64,000 nucleotides of DNA, from positions 7,110,778 through 7,174,777 of the forward strand of contig NC_134030.1 of the NCBI RefSeq assembly GCF_964204645.1, read 5' to 3'. The position numbers and the translations under genes were made by a program. Numbering within the stretch: position 1 is the first letter of the stretch; each line of letters opens with the position of its first letter. Source of the stretch: Tubulanus polymorphus (lineage: Eukaryota; Animalia; Nemertea). Positions 1-12,100 of this stretch are shown here, one piece after another. The notes beneath the pieces were generated by a model. It was not told the origin of the DNA. It worked only from the letters and a program-made list of their open reading frames with translations, and did not search any database.

Positions 1-610
1 TTATTGATGAAGATTTTCTAAGGTTAGTATTCTGAGGAGTTTCCGCAAATTGTATTCTGGAGGAATTCTATGTATTGTGCTTAACTTAACCTCTGACATT
101 TATTTCCAGAAATAATTACGTATACGTTTCAGTCTACTTTCGAACGCTGAGTTTGGAGACGTTGAAAAAGTCTAAAGGATATTTGTGGTTTTCGTTAATT
201 TGTAAGTAAATAGTAGTTGATTATGCAAACAGGTTCTCATAGTGTGACGTAATAATGATATGACTTAAGATGTAAAAAAGCACTTTGATACAAAATTAAA
301 TACTTAAAACTAAAGTTGAATTACGCAATTGATCAATTCATTGATTTTTTACAGATAGATAGGTCTATTGAATATTCAGTTAAAACGAACAGCCATCGTT
401 TGGCTGATTCAGAAGTAGATCTTAATGTGAACAACGAATCCTACTGTTATTACATTCGATTCTCATTCTCATATTTTAGGTGATATAGGTGGTTCTGCCG
501 GGCTTTATTTAGGCGCATCTCTATTAGCTATCGCCGAGGTCCTCTGGTTTTTCGGATCTCAACTCGTGTATCGCTTTATGCGGCTGCGACGAGTGCGCGC
601 TGGTGAATAA
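1..610 (+). CDS. DEG/ENaC channel paralog A, 3' part only (end of exon 7, exons 8-9)
   Basis: Exons <1-22, 110-201 and 480-610 with GT-AG boundaries; translate to ...DEDFLR|NNYVYVSVYFRTLSLETLKKSKGYLWFSLI|CDIGGSAGLYLGASLLAIAEVLWFFGSQLVYRFMRLRRVRAGE*, the TM2/GAS filter region, nearly identical to copy B. Confidence 0.9.
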
Positions 611-1152
611 ATATGAAAACATGGAAATACAACGATGGCTAAGAGACTCGTCTTTGGAGATTATTCATCATTGATTCATGCTAATTGTCGACCTGGAGTA
701 AAACTATTTTGTATACATCTTCGGAGATTGTTCTGTATTCATCATTGATTCATGATACAATTTACTGAGTCAGGTGCATCGCACCTCCCGTTTATTGAGC
801 TACGATTTCTTGTTAGAACACAATCTCTGAAATATCTTTGTTATCGAATTTCAAAATTTTTGCTTTAGCGTTCTACGAAATAAAAGAAAACGTTTCATAT
901 GCTTGCGTTCGTTGTAAATTTTGAATACATCTGGATCGGAAAAGTTGTTTTTCTTCTAACGAACCTATCCAGAGACGTTACCATATCCACGAGACAATTG
1001 ATGGAATTTCGCACTTTATGAAGGGCGTTAAACCAATAATAGGATACCACGGGCGATATGGATTTCACAGAAACATCCCTGGCTGCGGGTACGTCTGGGT
1101 TTCATATACGTAAGCGAACTGGCCGATAGGCCTACATTTTCTATTAAATACA

Positions 1153-1277
1153 GAAATAACGTCCGTTCGCACGGATTAATCGAAATAACGTCCGTGCGCA
1201 CGGGTTGATTGAAATAACATCCGTGCGCACGGATTAATGTAAAAGATTTTTACGTATGTCCCCTCCGGGGTTCCGTT
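1153..1277. repeat. Three ~28-29 bp tandem units plus a single MITE-like end
   Basis: GAAATAACRTCCGTKCGCACGGRTTRAT x3 at ~1153-1238, followed by ATGTCCCCTCCGGGGTTCCGT, which resembles the right terminus of the 26120-26204 MITE. No left end found. Confidence 0.5.
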
Positions 1278-1519
1278 AATATATAAGTATATCTGAATAA
1301 AAAGAAATGTCCTGTTCTTAACTTTATCATCATGGACCTACCCTCTAGTCGATGTCAAAGTGTCAAACTTGCGTTAAAAGTACGCGGTATCGCTGTCTCG
1401 ATCTAGAAACCTTGAAGCCTTGGATTTGTTTTTTGGGTGTTCAAAAGTTTATGAAATTAATTTTCATGGTTTTACATTCGAATTGTTTGGTAACCATGAC
1501 AGTAACCTCGTGAAGTAGA

Positions 1520-1607
1520 GGAAGAGAGGAGAGAGGAGAGAGGGGAGAGGGAGAGAGGGAGAGAGGGAGAGAGGGAGAGAGGGAGAGAGGGAGAGAGAAA
1601 CAGAGAG
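1520..1607 (+). repeat. (GA)/GGGAGAGA purine microsatellite upstream of copy B
   Basis: Visible purine run; the equivalent site in copy C (~9049-9060) has only GGGAGAGGGAG. Confidence 0.85.
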
Positions 1608-1653
1608 TGTGCAGTCAATCACTATTTTACTATAATCATAGGCAGATTCGAAA

Positions 1654-4600
1654 ATGGCATCGGTTAAAATCGAAGACAAACAAACTTTTAAAGAAGCGCT
1701 TTCCGACTTCTCCAATGACACGGCATTTCACGGGGTTAGATACATAGGACACTCTCCAACTATCACCATCAGGTAAGCTTAGCATATCGTCATAAGATCC
1801 GCTAGAAATTATGCTATTAAGATATCACTATTTGTTATCGCAAACTGAACTTTTTATCAATTATTGTGTTTTAAAACTCGATTCCACCTTCAGAAAATGT
1901 ATCAAATTATTATCTCATTCGTATAAGTGGAAATCTACGGAAGCGTCCTGGGGACATAATTGATTTTTTTTTTCTGCTGTCTGAAAAATCATAGAATTAT
2001 ATAAAGATTCGATTTTTTATTAAATGTTATGTTTTTTTGACCGGCGTCGATTTAAATCCGACTTTTTTCACAGAATTAAATCATTTTTTATTTAATTTTA
2101 TCTTTTTCGACTGGTGGCGATTTAATCCCGACTTTTTTCACGAAACTAAATCATTTTTTATTAAATGTTATGTTTTTTCGACCGGTGTTGACTTAATTCC
2201 GATCTTTTTCACGGAGTTAAATCATTTTTTATTTAATTTATCTTTTTTTCGACTGGTGGCGATTTAATTCCGACTTTTTTCACGGAATTAAATCCTTTTT
2301 TTTAATTAAATGCTATGTTTTTTTTCGACCGGCGTCGATTTAATTCCGACTTTTTTCACGGAATTAAAGCATTTTTTTATTGAATGTTATGTTTTTTCGA
2401 CATACTGTGGAATTCCTCACAAGGCCATACGACTTACGAGTTAACGTTTTACGAATTACGAGATCAGCCGTTGGGCGTTTCAGTTCAATTTATCGCGAGA
2501 GGTCAAGGAGAAGCGAATTATGAAACTCAACAGTGGCACGTTAGACTGGTCGCCTGTCCAATTCTGCGCCACCTGCGTTCGCAGTCAGACATCTTATCTA
2601 ATGTAATCAATCTGAAGGTAGAGACCGGCAACCAGTCTATTGCCACGTGAGCTTTCAAACGAGCACTGTATGTGATGGGTGTAATTTTAGCTGAATTTTT
2701 CAACTAATTTTTTGTAACGATGATGGATGGCTCTATGCAGCCCAAACGATGTGTTTCCAAAAAATAAATACATTTCTAAATTGTTGAAAACGTTTAAAAA
2801 ACCTGTTCTAGGAATCGGGATCATGGTCAAAAAGCTCTCCGCCCCGGGGTCCTCGAAAAATGTTTAAAAAATCTTTTCCAGCTAAGATAGTCTATTGAAA
2901 TAAAGATCTTTTAGAATGTATTAGAATCATCGGGCACGTAACCGGGGCAGTGTCAGTGTGTAAATTATTGTCAACATTTTAATAGATTTTGACGGTATCG
3001 CACACCGGCTGGTCACCGCGCAGGTTTCCTGCCCTGTAGTAGCCGTAGCCGGGATTGATCTCACTATGTAAAATGAATACTTTTACAATGAATACTCTTG
3101 ATTACTATTCCGTTCGGAATTACGAAGTCCGTTCTTTGAATCACGTGCCCGTCGGATACTCTGAAGCCAATAGTGAAAAACGTGTAATTCGAAGTCGTAA
3201 TTCGTAAAACGTAACTCGTAAGACGTATGGCCCTTGAGGAATTCCATAGTATGTCGGTCGAAAAAAGTTAAATTTAAAAAAAATGATTTAATTCCGTGAA
3301 AAAAGTCCGAATTAAATCAACGCAAGTCGAAAAAAGATAAAATTAAATAAAAAATGATCTAATCCCGTGAAAAAGTCGGAATTAAATCAACGCCGGTCGA
3401 AAAAAGATAAAATTAGATAAAAAATGATTTAATTCTGTGAAAAAAACGTCGGAATTAAATCGCCGCTGGTCGAAAAAAAACATAAAATTAAATAAAAAAT
3501 GATTTAATTCGGTGAAAAAAGTCGGAATTAAACCAACGCCGATCGAAAAAAAACATGAAATTTAAATAAAAAGTCGAATTTTTATCTAATTTTATGATCT
3601 TTCAATCAGCAAAAAATAGAAAAATTAATTATGTCTGCAGGACGCTTCCGTATAAATCACATCATTTTCAATAAAATTTGAACTTGATTTTAGGCTTCCA
3701 AATACGAACATTATCAAACAATTCAACGAATAGATATAAGATCGACTTTATCACTCAGTTTTATAGATTTAACTGAAAATTATTTTCTTATGAGGGAAGT
3801 CGATTCAAATTTAATTGATTGGTAACCCAGTGCCAATAGCGACCCTGGCAGCTCATCGCTGAATCCTCGCTTGCTACTGTAGCGTTGCCGGTATCCAACT
3901 GCAAAGAACCCCAAAGAACCCATGTAGATAATTTTCAAAAAAGTAGAATTTACTACAATGGTTTGGATCAAGATAACGAAAGCTATAAGTTATGTTCATA
4001 AATTTTGAGTCTGCCTCAAGAGTGAATTTTATACATTGATATATATTTCAAATAGGGTTTGTCGCATAAATCGCTGTTTAAGCATAGACGAAACTATGTA
4101 ATTTGTATGCCAACACTATCCGAATTAATGGTGATTAAAATGTTTAGAAAGGTCCCCCAGAGACGCTGGAAATTGCGATTTGAATTTATTCCAATTGAAA
4201 CGAAATTAGCCCAATTGCAATATTAATGAATTTGTTAGAGTATAAAAACCGACACAGACATCACGTATTTAACCATGGCGATATCAATTAACTATAGGGG
4301 CGTCACAGCAGAAGGATTCGAGGTCCTAAAAGAGAAATATTCGTATATATCACCCTAAACGAGTTGTAATTTCATAATTATAGAAAAATTCGTACCAGTA
4401 TCTCAATATTGAAGATAAATTGTACTTTCTTTTCTCGTACTAAACTTTATGAAGTAGAATGATAAATTGCATGAGCGGAGACGTCTTTTTGTAGATGTAT
4501 CTGGTTGTTGTTGTTTTTGGGTATGACTGGGGCGTTTATCTACCAGGTGCACGACCGAGTCAAATATTACATTTCATGGCCGGTTACAGTGGACAACTGT

Positions 4601-7600
4601 CGAAAACAATCGAGGTCAGATACCATTCCCAGCAGTAACCATTTGTAACACTAACACTTTCAGGTATTTCAGTGAACAAGCCACATTACAAATTTTTTCT
4701 GATCAGCATTTCTTTCCGTTGAAATGGCTTATTCTACTGTTTAGATTATCTGATACTTATGAAGACGGATTGTACGAGTCAATTTCTGAATTTTACCGTC
4801 AGAACGAGAGACGAACAACGCCTAAAACTTCTCAAAATGCTTCAATTACTGGAAATGTTTCGATGGGAGACGCTTTCGAAAATATTGATATGCGGACATT
4901 GATATTGAAATATGGCCATCGTTTGAACAATACCGTGAAATCGTAAGTTAAATCGATGTAGTTTGTAAGATTATCAAGATAAATCCGCTCAATATCGATG
5001 ATAAATTTCGTGTAAATTCCTTCTAATTTCATGAGAGTGAACTTCGAATCCAAGAAATTGACAATTGCTAATCTGACAACTGTTTTGACTGACTACGGAC
5101 AATGTTTGGGGTTTAATCATGATAAAACGAAGCATCTCTACAGCCAAGGGACTGGTAAGTGATGAAAGAAATTGACGCTCATGAACGTAACTTATGTTCA
5201 GTCATTTAATGAAAGCTTTTTCTTTAGGAGCAACATATGGGTTGAACTTGTTGATCAATCTAGAACAGTACCAGAATATGCAAGGAGAACACAAATCTGC
5301 CGGACTTAAAGTTTTAGTTCATGACAAGAATCAAGGAATTCGTATGACAGATTTGTCGTTATCTGTACCACCGTCGATGAGTGCGCTTATCGATGTTCAA
5401 GCTAAAATGGTAAACATGTAGATCAGCTCGATCCTAAATATCAGTAGTTAAGTAAAACATTTCTTTTCGATATATTTGTAACTTCTCATTAACGGACGCT
5501 GAGTCCATTTAAAAGTATACTTTGGTCAGATGAAAAGTGTTTGTAATCAGTTTACCGCAAACGCGTTCGTTGCTATAGTTTTACTTTGTACCAGAATCTA
5601 AATCATTTAATTATACATCGTATGAATGATTTAGATTGAATGTGATCTAAAGCAATTTGGCTATTTGGTATAATTTCAGACGACTGAATTGAAAGATCCT
5701 TACGGAAAATGCATAAAAGACGCCCAAAGACAAAGTATGTGTCAACACCACTGTTATATACGAATGACATCAGCGATTTGTAAATGCCTGCCGTTTTATT
5801 CCGAAGATAGTCCCGCAGGTCTGCCATATTGTACTTTAAAACAGCACAGGGATTGCTACCATCTACAACTCGGTAATGAAAAATTGGAGAAGTGGTGTGC
5901 GGTTGGTCGTATTTTAAAACCCCGCACACTAGAAACAATATGTTATAACTACACGTATCAATTCAGTATAATGCCTTTTTTTCGTAGCTAAAATGCATCA
6001 AAATCAAAAAGTTTGCGGTAATGATGAATGTCCACCATCATGTCAACATCTGACGTACGATTCACGAATCAGTTACGCGGCTCTGTCGAAGAGTATGGCG
6101 AGGAAAATGGCACGAAAAGAGAAACACGACCTGAACATGTTAGCAGATTACAGAAAGGCCAGAGAAGCACTATACAATACTGACCCTCAGCTGGAGGCGA
6201 CGAGCATTGTCGCAGTTCTATCTTTCGTTGAATCACTTAAAGAATCAAAATTCGCCGTAAAAAACGCGTACGAATTTCTGCTTAATCAAACGACGATCAT
6301 TTTTGATACGCTCTCCGTCAGGGACAGTCTTCAAAACATTTCACATTCTGTACGCATGGCAAAAGAAATGTTTTTACGCCATACCAACGTGGAGGAAATC
6401 TCCACGATAGTTATTCCAGGTTTAAAACGATTTAGAACTGCACTGAATGATGCCATTGATTCAGATTTCAAAGTAATCAACAATTTCTTAGCGAACTCGT
6501 CGGTTGTATCACAAATGGATTTTCAAGCAGCGTCTTTAAACGTTGGTGGCATATTTCAAAATATGCTTTATACGGCGTTATTGACTAGGTCAGTTTTTCA
6601 GAATCTAGTTACGAACCTGGTGCAAGATAAAACTGACGCCAGGTATTTGATCGATTTGACTAAAATCACAGTTCACCACAGATTATTTCTCGAATCATGT
6701 GATAAAATTATTACTGCCTGCAATGATTCCAAAACAAAGTTGCGCGACATTAGCAACAGTCAACTAACACGGGATTGGTATGGTTTTTGTAATCTAACCG
6801 GTCAGTTTTACTCCATTATCAGCGAATTCGAAAGATCGGCGATTGATCTGAAATCCGTATTAAAAGACGGTGTTTATAAATTGGACGATTTAGAAAATTC
6901 ATTCAAAACTCACGAATCAGATTTATTCAACGCAGGTTTGAAATATTTTCTAATCATATACGCAAACATGATCAGCAAACCTTCATTCTTCAAAGCAGTT
7001 GGACGTTGGATTTTCCCGTCACCAATTAACGTAATAACTTTGAACAAAGACCTTGTTGAAATGAACAGGAATGTCATTCGACGGCTTCTTCAATCAATGA
7101 TCGTACAAAAGACGATTTCAATATCAGAATTAAATTCTCTGATGCTTGATAATAAAGACCTACTGGATAAGTTCACGCGAGATCTTCAAGTGTTCATGGA
7201 CTATTCGTTGAAAAAGATGGACATACTCAATAAAGATCTAGTTCACCTTTGCCAGGCTGCTATAGACTTCATCTTCTACTACACCACTAAGACCAATTCT
7301 ACTCTTAATATAAAACCATTGATGGAAATCAAGAAACAACTGCAGTTGATCATCCAAGAAGATGTCAAACTAACCAAAGTTATTGATGAATACCACAATG
7401 CGCAAACTAAAATGTCAGTTGTGAACTCAATCTTAAAGGATCATATGACAAAGTACCGGAATAGCATTGTTATTGATGAAGACTTTCTAAGGTTAGTATT
7501 CTGAGGAGTTTCCGCAAATTGTATTCTGGGGGAATTCTAAGAATTGTGCTTAACTTAACCTCTGACGTCTATTTTCAGGAATAATTACGTATACGTTTCG

Positions 7601-8062
7601 GTCTACTTTCGAACGCTGAGTTTAGAGACGTTGAAAAAGTCTAAAGGATATTTGTGGTTTTCGTTAATTTGTAAGTAAATGTTAGTATGCGAAAAGGTCC
7701 TCATAGTTAGTTGTAATACTGATATGACCTAATATGCAAAAAGCCCCTTTGATACAAACCAAAATTTAAAATTAAATCAATTGATCCATTCGTTGTTTTT
7801 TACAGATAGATAGGTCTTGTGAATATTTTGATAAAACGAAAAGTTAACGTTTGGCAGATTCAGAAGGAGATCTTAATAAAATGAATAGCGAATCCTACAC
7901 ATTACATTCGTTTCTCATTCTCATATTTTAGGTGATATAGGTGGCTCTGCCGGGCTTTACTTAGGGGCATCTTTATTGGCTATTGCCGAGGTCTTCTGGT
8001 TTTTCGGATCTCAACTCTTGTACCGCTTGAAGCGGCTGCGACGATTGCGCGCTAGTGAATAA
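1654..8062 (+). pseudogene. DEG/ENaC channel paralog B, frameshifted in exon 2
   Basis: Exons 1654-1772, 4495-4663, 4745-4942, 5036-5154, 5228-5409, 5680-5872, 5988-7491, 7579-7670, 7932-8062. Exon 2 is 169 nt versus 171 nt in all other copies (GACAACTGTCGAA instead of GATATATCTCTCGAA at ~4592), giving a TAA at 4646-4648. The first ATG has been deleted. All other exons are open. Confidence 0.8.
1936..3652. mobile_element. Non-autonomous foldback DNA transposon with TAC..GTA termini (IS3EU-like) in intron 1 of copy B
   Basis: TIR TACGGAAGCGTCCTG / CAGGACGCTTCCGTA; ~450-530 bp inverted arms built from ~60 bp subterminal tandem repeats (~2010-2400 and ~3258-3575) plus inner IR 2401-2461/3195-3253; flanks GAAATC/TAAATC; absent at the matching site in copy C (~10060-10075). 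Confidence 0.85.
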
Positions 8063-9017
8063 AAATAGATACATATTGATGGAAATACAACGATGGCTAA
8101 GCGACTCGTCTGTGGAGATTATTCATCATTGATTCATGCTAATTGTCGACCTGGAGTGAATTTGTTTTTTATAAGTTAGAACCGTATCATTGCATCTCAT
8201 CTCCGTCCTAGGAGATTAGTTTGTATTAATCATTGATTCATGATACAATTTACGGAGTCAGGTGCATCGCACCTCCCGTTTAATGAGCTACGATTTCAAG
8301 TTATCATACATTTTAACTAATCTTTGAAATATCTTTGTTATCGTATTCCACAATTCTACTTTAGCGTACTGCGAAATAAAAGAAAACGTTGCATATGCTT
8401 GTGTTCGTTGTATATTTTGAATAAATCTGGATCGGAAAGGTTGTTTTTCCTCTAACAGACCTATCCAAAAACGTTACCATATTCTACGTATCATTCCCAC
8501 GAGACAATTGATGGAATTTCGCACTTTATGAAGGGCATAAAACCAACAACAGGACTGCACTATTTTCATCAAAAAATGACAACTATTCCTAACGTCATCT
8601 ACGTAACTTCATCGCAATTGACTCATAATACTATGGTGGCTGATTCGGGACATGTGAAATTCTTTTTTCGTTCTCCACGAAAACTCGCAAAACAAATCTG
8701 ACCACGCAAAAACAAACCTTGTAGATAAAAATCAAATTGACTTTTGGCCAAGAGCGACGTATGACTTAGATCTTATGACTTCGTTGTGTGGTTGCGTTAT
8801 AGAAAATGTCTGTGTATCGTTTAAATATCGTTTAAGATAATCAATAAAAAGAAATGTTCGATTTTTTACTTTATCGCCATGTATCTACTCTCTAGTCGAT
8901 GTTACTCTTGCAGTAAGTACGCGGTATCGCTGTCTCGATCTAGAAACCTTTTGTAGCCTTGGGTTTGTTTTTCGGGTGTTCGAAAGCATATAAAACTAAT
9001 TTTTAAGTATTTCATTC

Positions 9018-9080
9018 GGTAACCATGGCAGTAACCTCGTAAAGTATAGGGAGAGGGAGTGTGTGTGCTAGTCAATCACT
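9018..9080 (+). promoter_or_regulatory. Conserved upstream module GGTAACCATRRCAGTAAC ... AGYCAATCA (copy C instance)
   Basis: The motif recurs ~70-165 bp upstream of the start codon in all eight copies with a 5' end (1489, 9018, 28390, 35477, 42092, 49290, 55425, 58587). Regulatory function is inferred. Confidence 0.45.
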
Positions 9081-9147
9081 ATTTTACCATTATCGGTGGC
9101 AGCGCCTCTTTGTCTTGGACTGTTGTCAGAATAAGACCGATTTTACG

Positions 9148-12100
9148 ATGGCAGATTCAAAAATGGCATCTGTTAAAATCGAAGATAAACAAACATTTAA
9201 AGAAGCGCTTTCCGACTTCTCCAATGACACGGCATTTCACGGGGTTAGATACATAGGACACTCTCCGACTATCACCATCAGGTAAGCTTAGCATATCGTC
9301 ATAAGATCGCTAGAAATTATGCCATTAAGATATTCACTATTTGTTAACGCAGGCTGAACTTTTTATCAATTATTGTGTTTTAAAACTTGTTTTAACCTTC
9401 AGAAAAATGTATCCAATTATTTTGTTAAGTGTGAATTGAGGGAAAAATTTGTATAATGAATACAGCCTTAACAAAAGAATAAATTCTACGATGTCGGTTT
9501 TCCGTCAGTTAATCGCCACCCGAGCTATGTTCCCCTTGCTACAGCGGCACCAATCATCCATACTATACTTAAAAACGCATGCCTACGGAGAAGAGCATTG
9601 CGGCCACGTGGGATTTTTTTAACTCGAAATTTCGACTTTATAAACGAGTTTTTAACACATGTGACATGTGCGCACGCTATGTTGTAAAATTCACACTATG
9701 ACACAACAAGATCAATTTTATCCTCTTCTCTTCAAGCTAGGTTTAAATAATGCCGAAATACGATACTGCCTTAGCAAGCACGATAACGTCATTCTAAGTG
9801 ACCGAACAATTACCTCAGTCGAAATTTCGAGATTAAAAGAAGAAATTTCGACTTTAAAGAAAATGTTCATGTGGCCGCAATGCTCTTCCGTAGATACCCG
9901 CACTCACCGGGAGGCACAACAAAACACCGGGAACCTTGTTATGTTTTTAAAACGTTTTTATTCTTCCCTTGATAAAATATGTGTAAATATTTGTAACCAA
10001 AATCATCTTTTCCCTCCACATACCACGGAAATGGTAGGAGATTGATAAATTATCTTATTCGTAGTGAAAATCACTTCATTTTCAAAGAACTTGATTTTCA
10101 GGCTTCCAAATACGAAAGTTGTCAAAGAATTCAACGAATGAATAAATGATCGACTTAATCACTCGGTGATGCAGATTTAACTGAAAATTGATTTACTTAT
10201 AAGGGAAGTCGAATCAAATTTAATTGATATGTAGAAAGAAGCGTGGTAGCCCAGTGCCACCAGCGATCTTGGCAGCTTATCGCTGAAGAATCCTCGCTTG
10301 CTATTGTAATGTTGCTCCACTCCCTGCAAAGAACCCATATACATATAATAATAACTTTATAATAACTTTAAAAAAAGTAGAATTTACTACAAAGATTTGG
10401 ATGCACCATCAATATAACGAAAGTAACAACTTATGTTTATTAATTTGGAGTCTGCTTCGAGAGCGAATTTTATACGTGAATATTTTAAGTATGATCCCAT
10501 TAATCCCTCGTATACGCTGTTGAGTTTATGCCGAACCTTATGTAATTTGTATGTCAACACAATCAGAATTGATGGTGATTAAAATGTTGAGAAAGGCCCC
10601 GGGGACGATGGAAATTTCGATTTGAATCTATTTCGATTGAAACAAAATTTACCCATTTGCAATATTAATGAATTTGTTAGAGTATAAACCAGACATCACG
10701 CGGTAAGCCGTAACGACACCAATTAACCGTTGGCAGGAGGGTAGGAGTCCCAAAGGAGAGATATTCTTATCTATCAATTGTATGAGTTGTCATTTCAAAA
10801 TTTCAAAATTATAGAAAAATGCGCCTTAATATTGAAGATGAATTGTACTTTTTTCTCGTACTAAACTTTGTGAAGTAGAATGATAGAGGAAATGAGCGGA
10901 GATATGTTTTGTAGATGTATTTGGTTGTTGTTGTTTTTGGGTATGACTGGAGCGTTTATCTACCAGGTGCACGACCGAGTCAAATATTACATTTCATGGC
11001 CGGTAACCGTGGATATATCTCTCGAAAACAATCGAGGTCAGATACCATTCCCGGCAGTTACCATTTGCAACACTAACACTTTCAGGTATTTTAAAAAGGC
11101 ACATTATACAATTTTCTGATCAGCTCGTCTATCCGATAAAATGGCTTATTCTATTGTTAGATTATCTGATACATACGAAGATGAGGTGTTCAAGTCTATA
11201 TTTGAGTTTTACCACCGGAATGTGAGACCAACAACGCCGACAACTTCTCAAAACGTTTCGATTATTGGAAATAATTCGATGGGAGACGCTTTCGAAAATA
11301 TTGATTTGCGGACACTGATATTGAAATATGGCCATCGTTTGAACGATACCGTGAAATCGTAAGTTAAATCGATGTAGTTTGTAAGATTATCAAAATAAAT
11401 CCGCTTAGTATCGATGATAAATTTCGTGTAAATTCCATGTCATTTCATGAGAGTGAACTTCGAATCCAAGAAATTGACAATTGCTAATCTGACAACTGTT
11501 TTGACTGACTACGGACAATGTTTGGGGTTTAATTATGATAAAACAAAGCATCTCCACAGCCAAGGGACTGGTAAGTGATGAAAGAAATTGACACTCATGA
11601 ACGTAACTCATGTTCAGTCATTTGATGAAAACTTTTTCTTTAGGAGCAGGATATGGATTGAACTTGTTGATCAATCTAGAACAGTACCAGAATATGCAAG
11701 GAGAACACAAATCTGCCGGACTTAAAATTCTAGTTCATGATAAATATCAAGGAATTCGTATGAAAGATTTGTCGTTATCTGTTCCACCGTCGATGAGTGC
11801 ATTTATCGATGTTCGAGCTAAAATGGTAAACATGTAGATCAGCTTATTGCTCGATCCTAAATATCAGTAGTTAAGTAAAACATATCTTTTTGATAGACTT
11901 GCAACTTCTTAATAACAGACACTGGATCGATTTGAAAGTACTTTTGTCAAAAAGATGTTCGTAATCAGTTAACCGTAAAAATGTCCGTTGCTATATTCTA
12001 TTCGGTCTTTTCGATCAAAAGCTATTTGTCTATTTGGTATAATTTCAGACGACTGAATTGGAAGAACCGTACGGAAAATGCATTAAAAACGCCCAAAGAC

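Noticed and set aside
1464-1721. 85-aa Ser/Leu/Pro-rich ORF
   Set aside because: Translation of the GA microsatellite antisense to copy B exon 1.
2010-2400. CRISPR-like regularly spaced repeats (also 36720-36835 and 1153-1238)
   Set aside because: No unique spacers, no cas genes, eukaryotic context; these are subterminal or internal transposon repeats. ORFs 2037-2267 and 2384-2650 are spurious.
5993-7504. The ~500-600 aa ORFs as stand-alone genes
   Set aside because: Each is bounded by conserved splice sites and carries DEG/ENaC thumb and beta10 sequence at its start; they are exon 7 of the channel genes.
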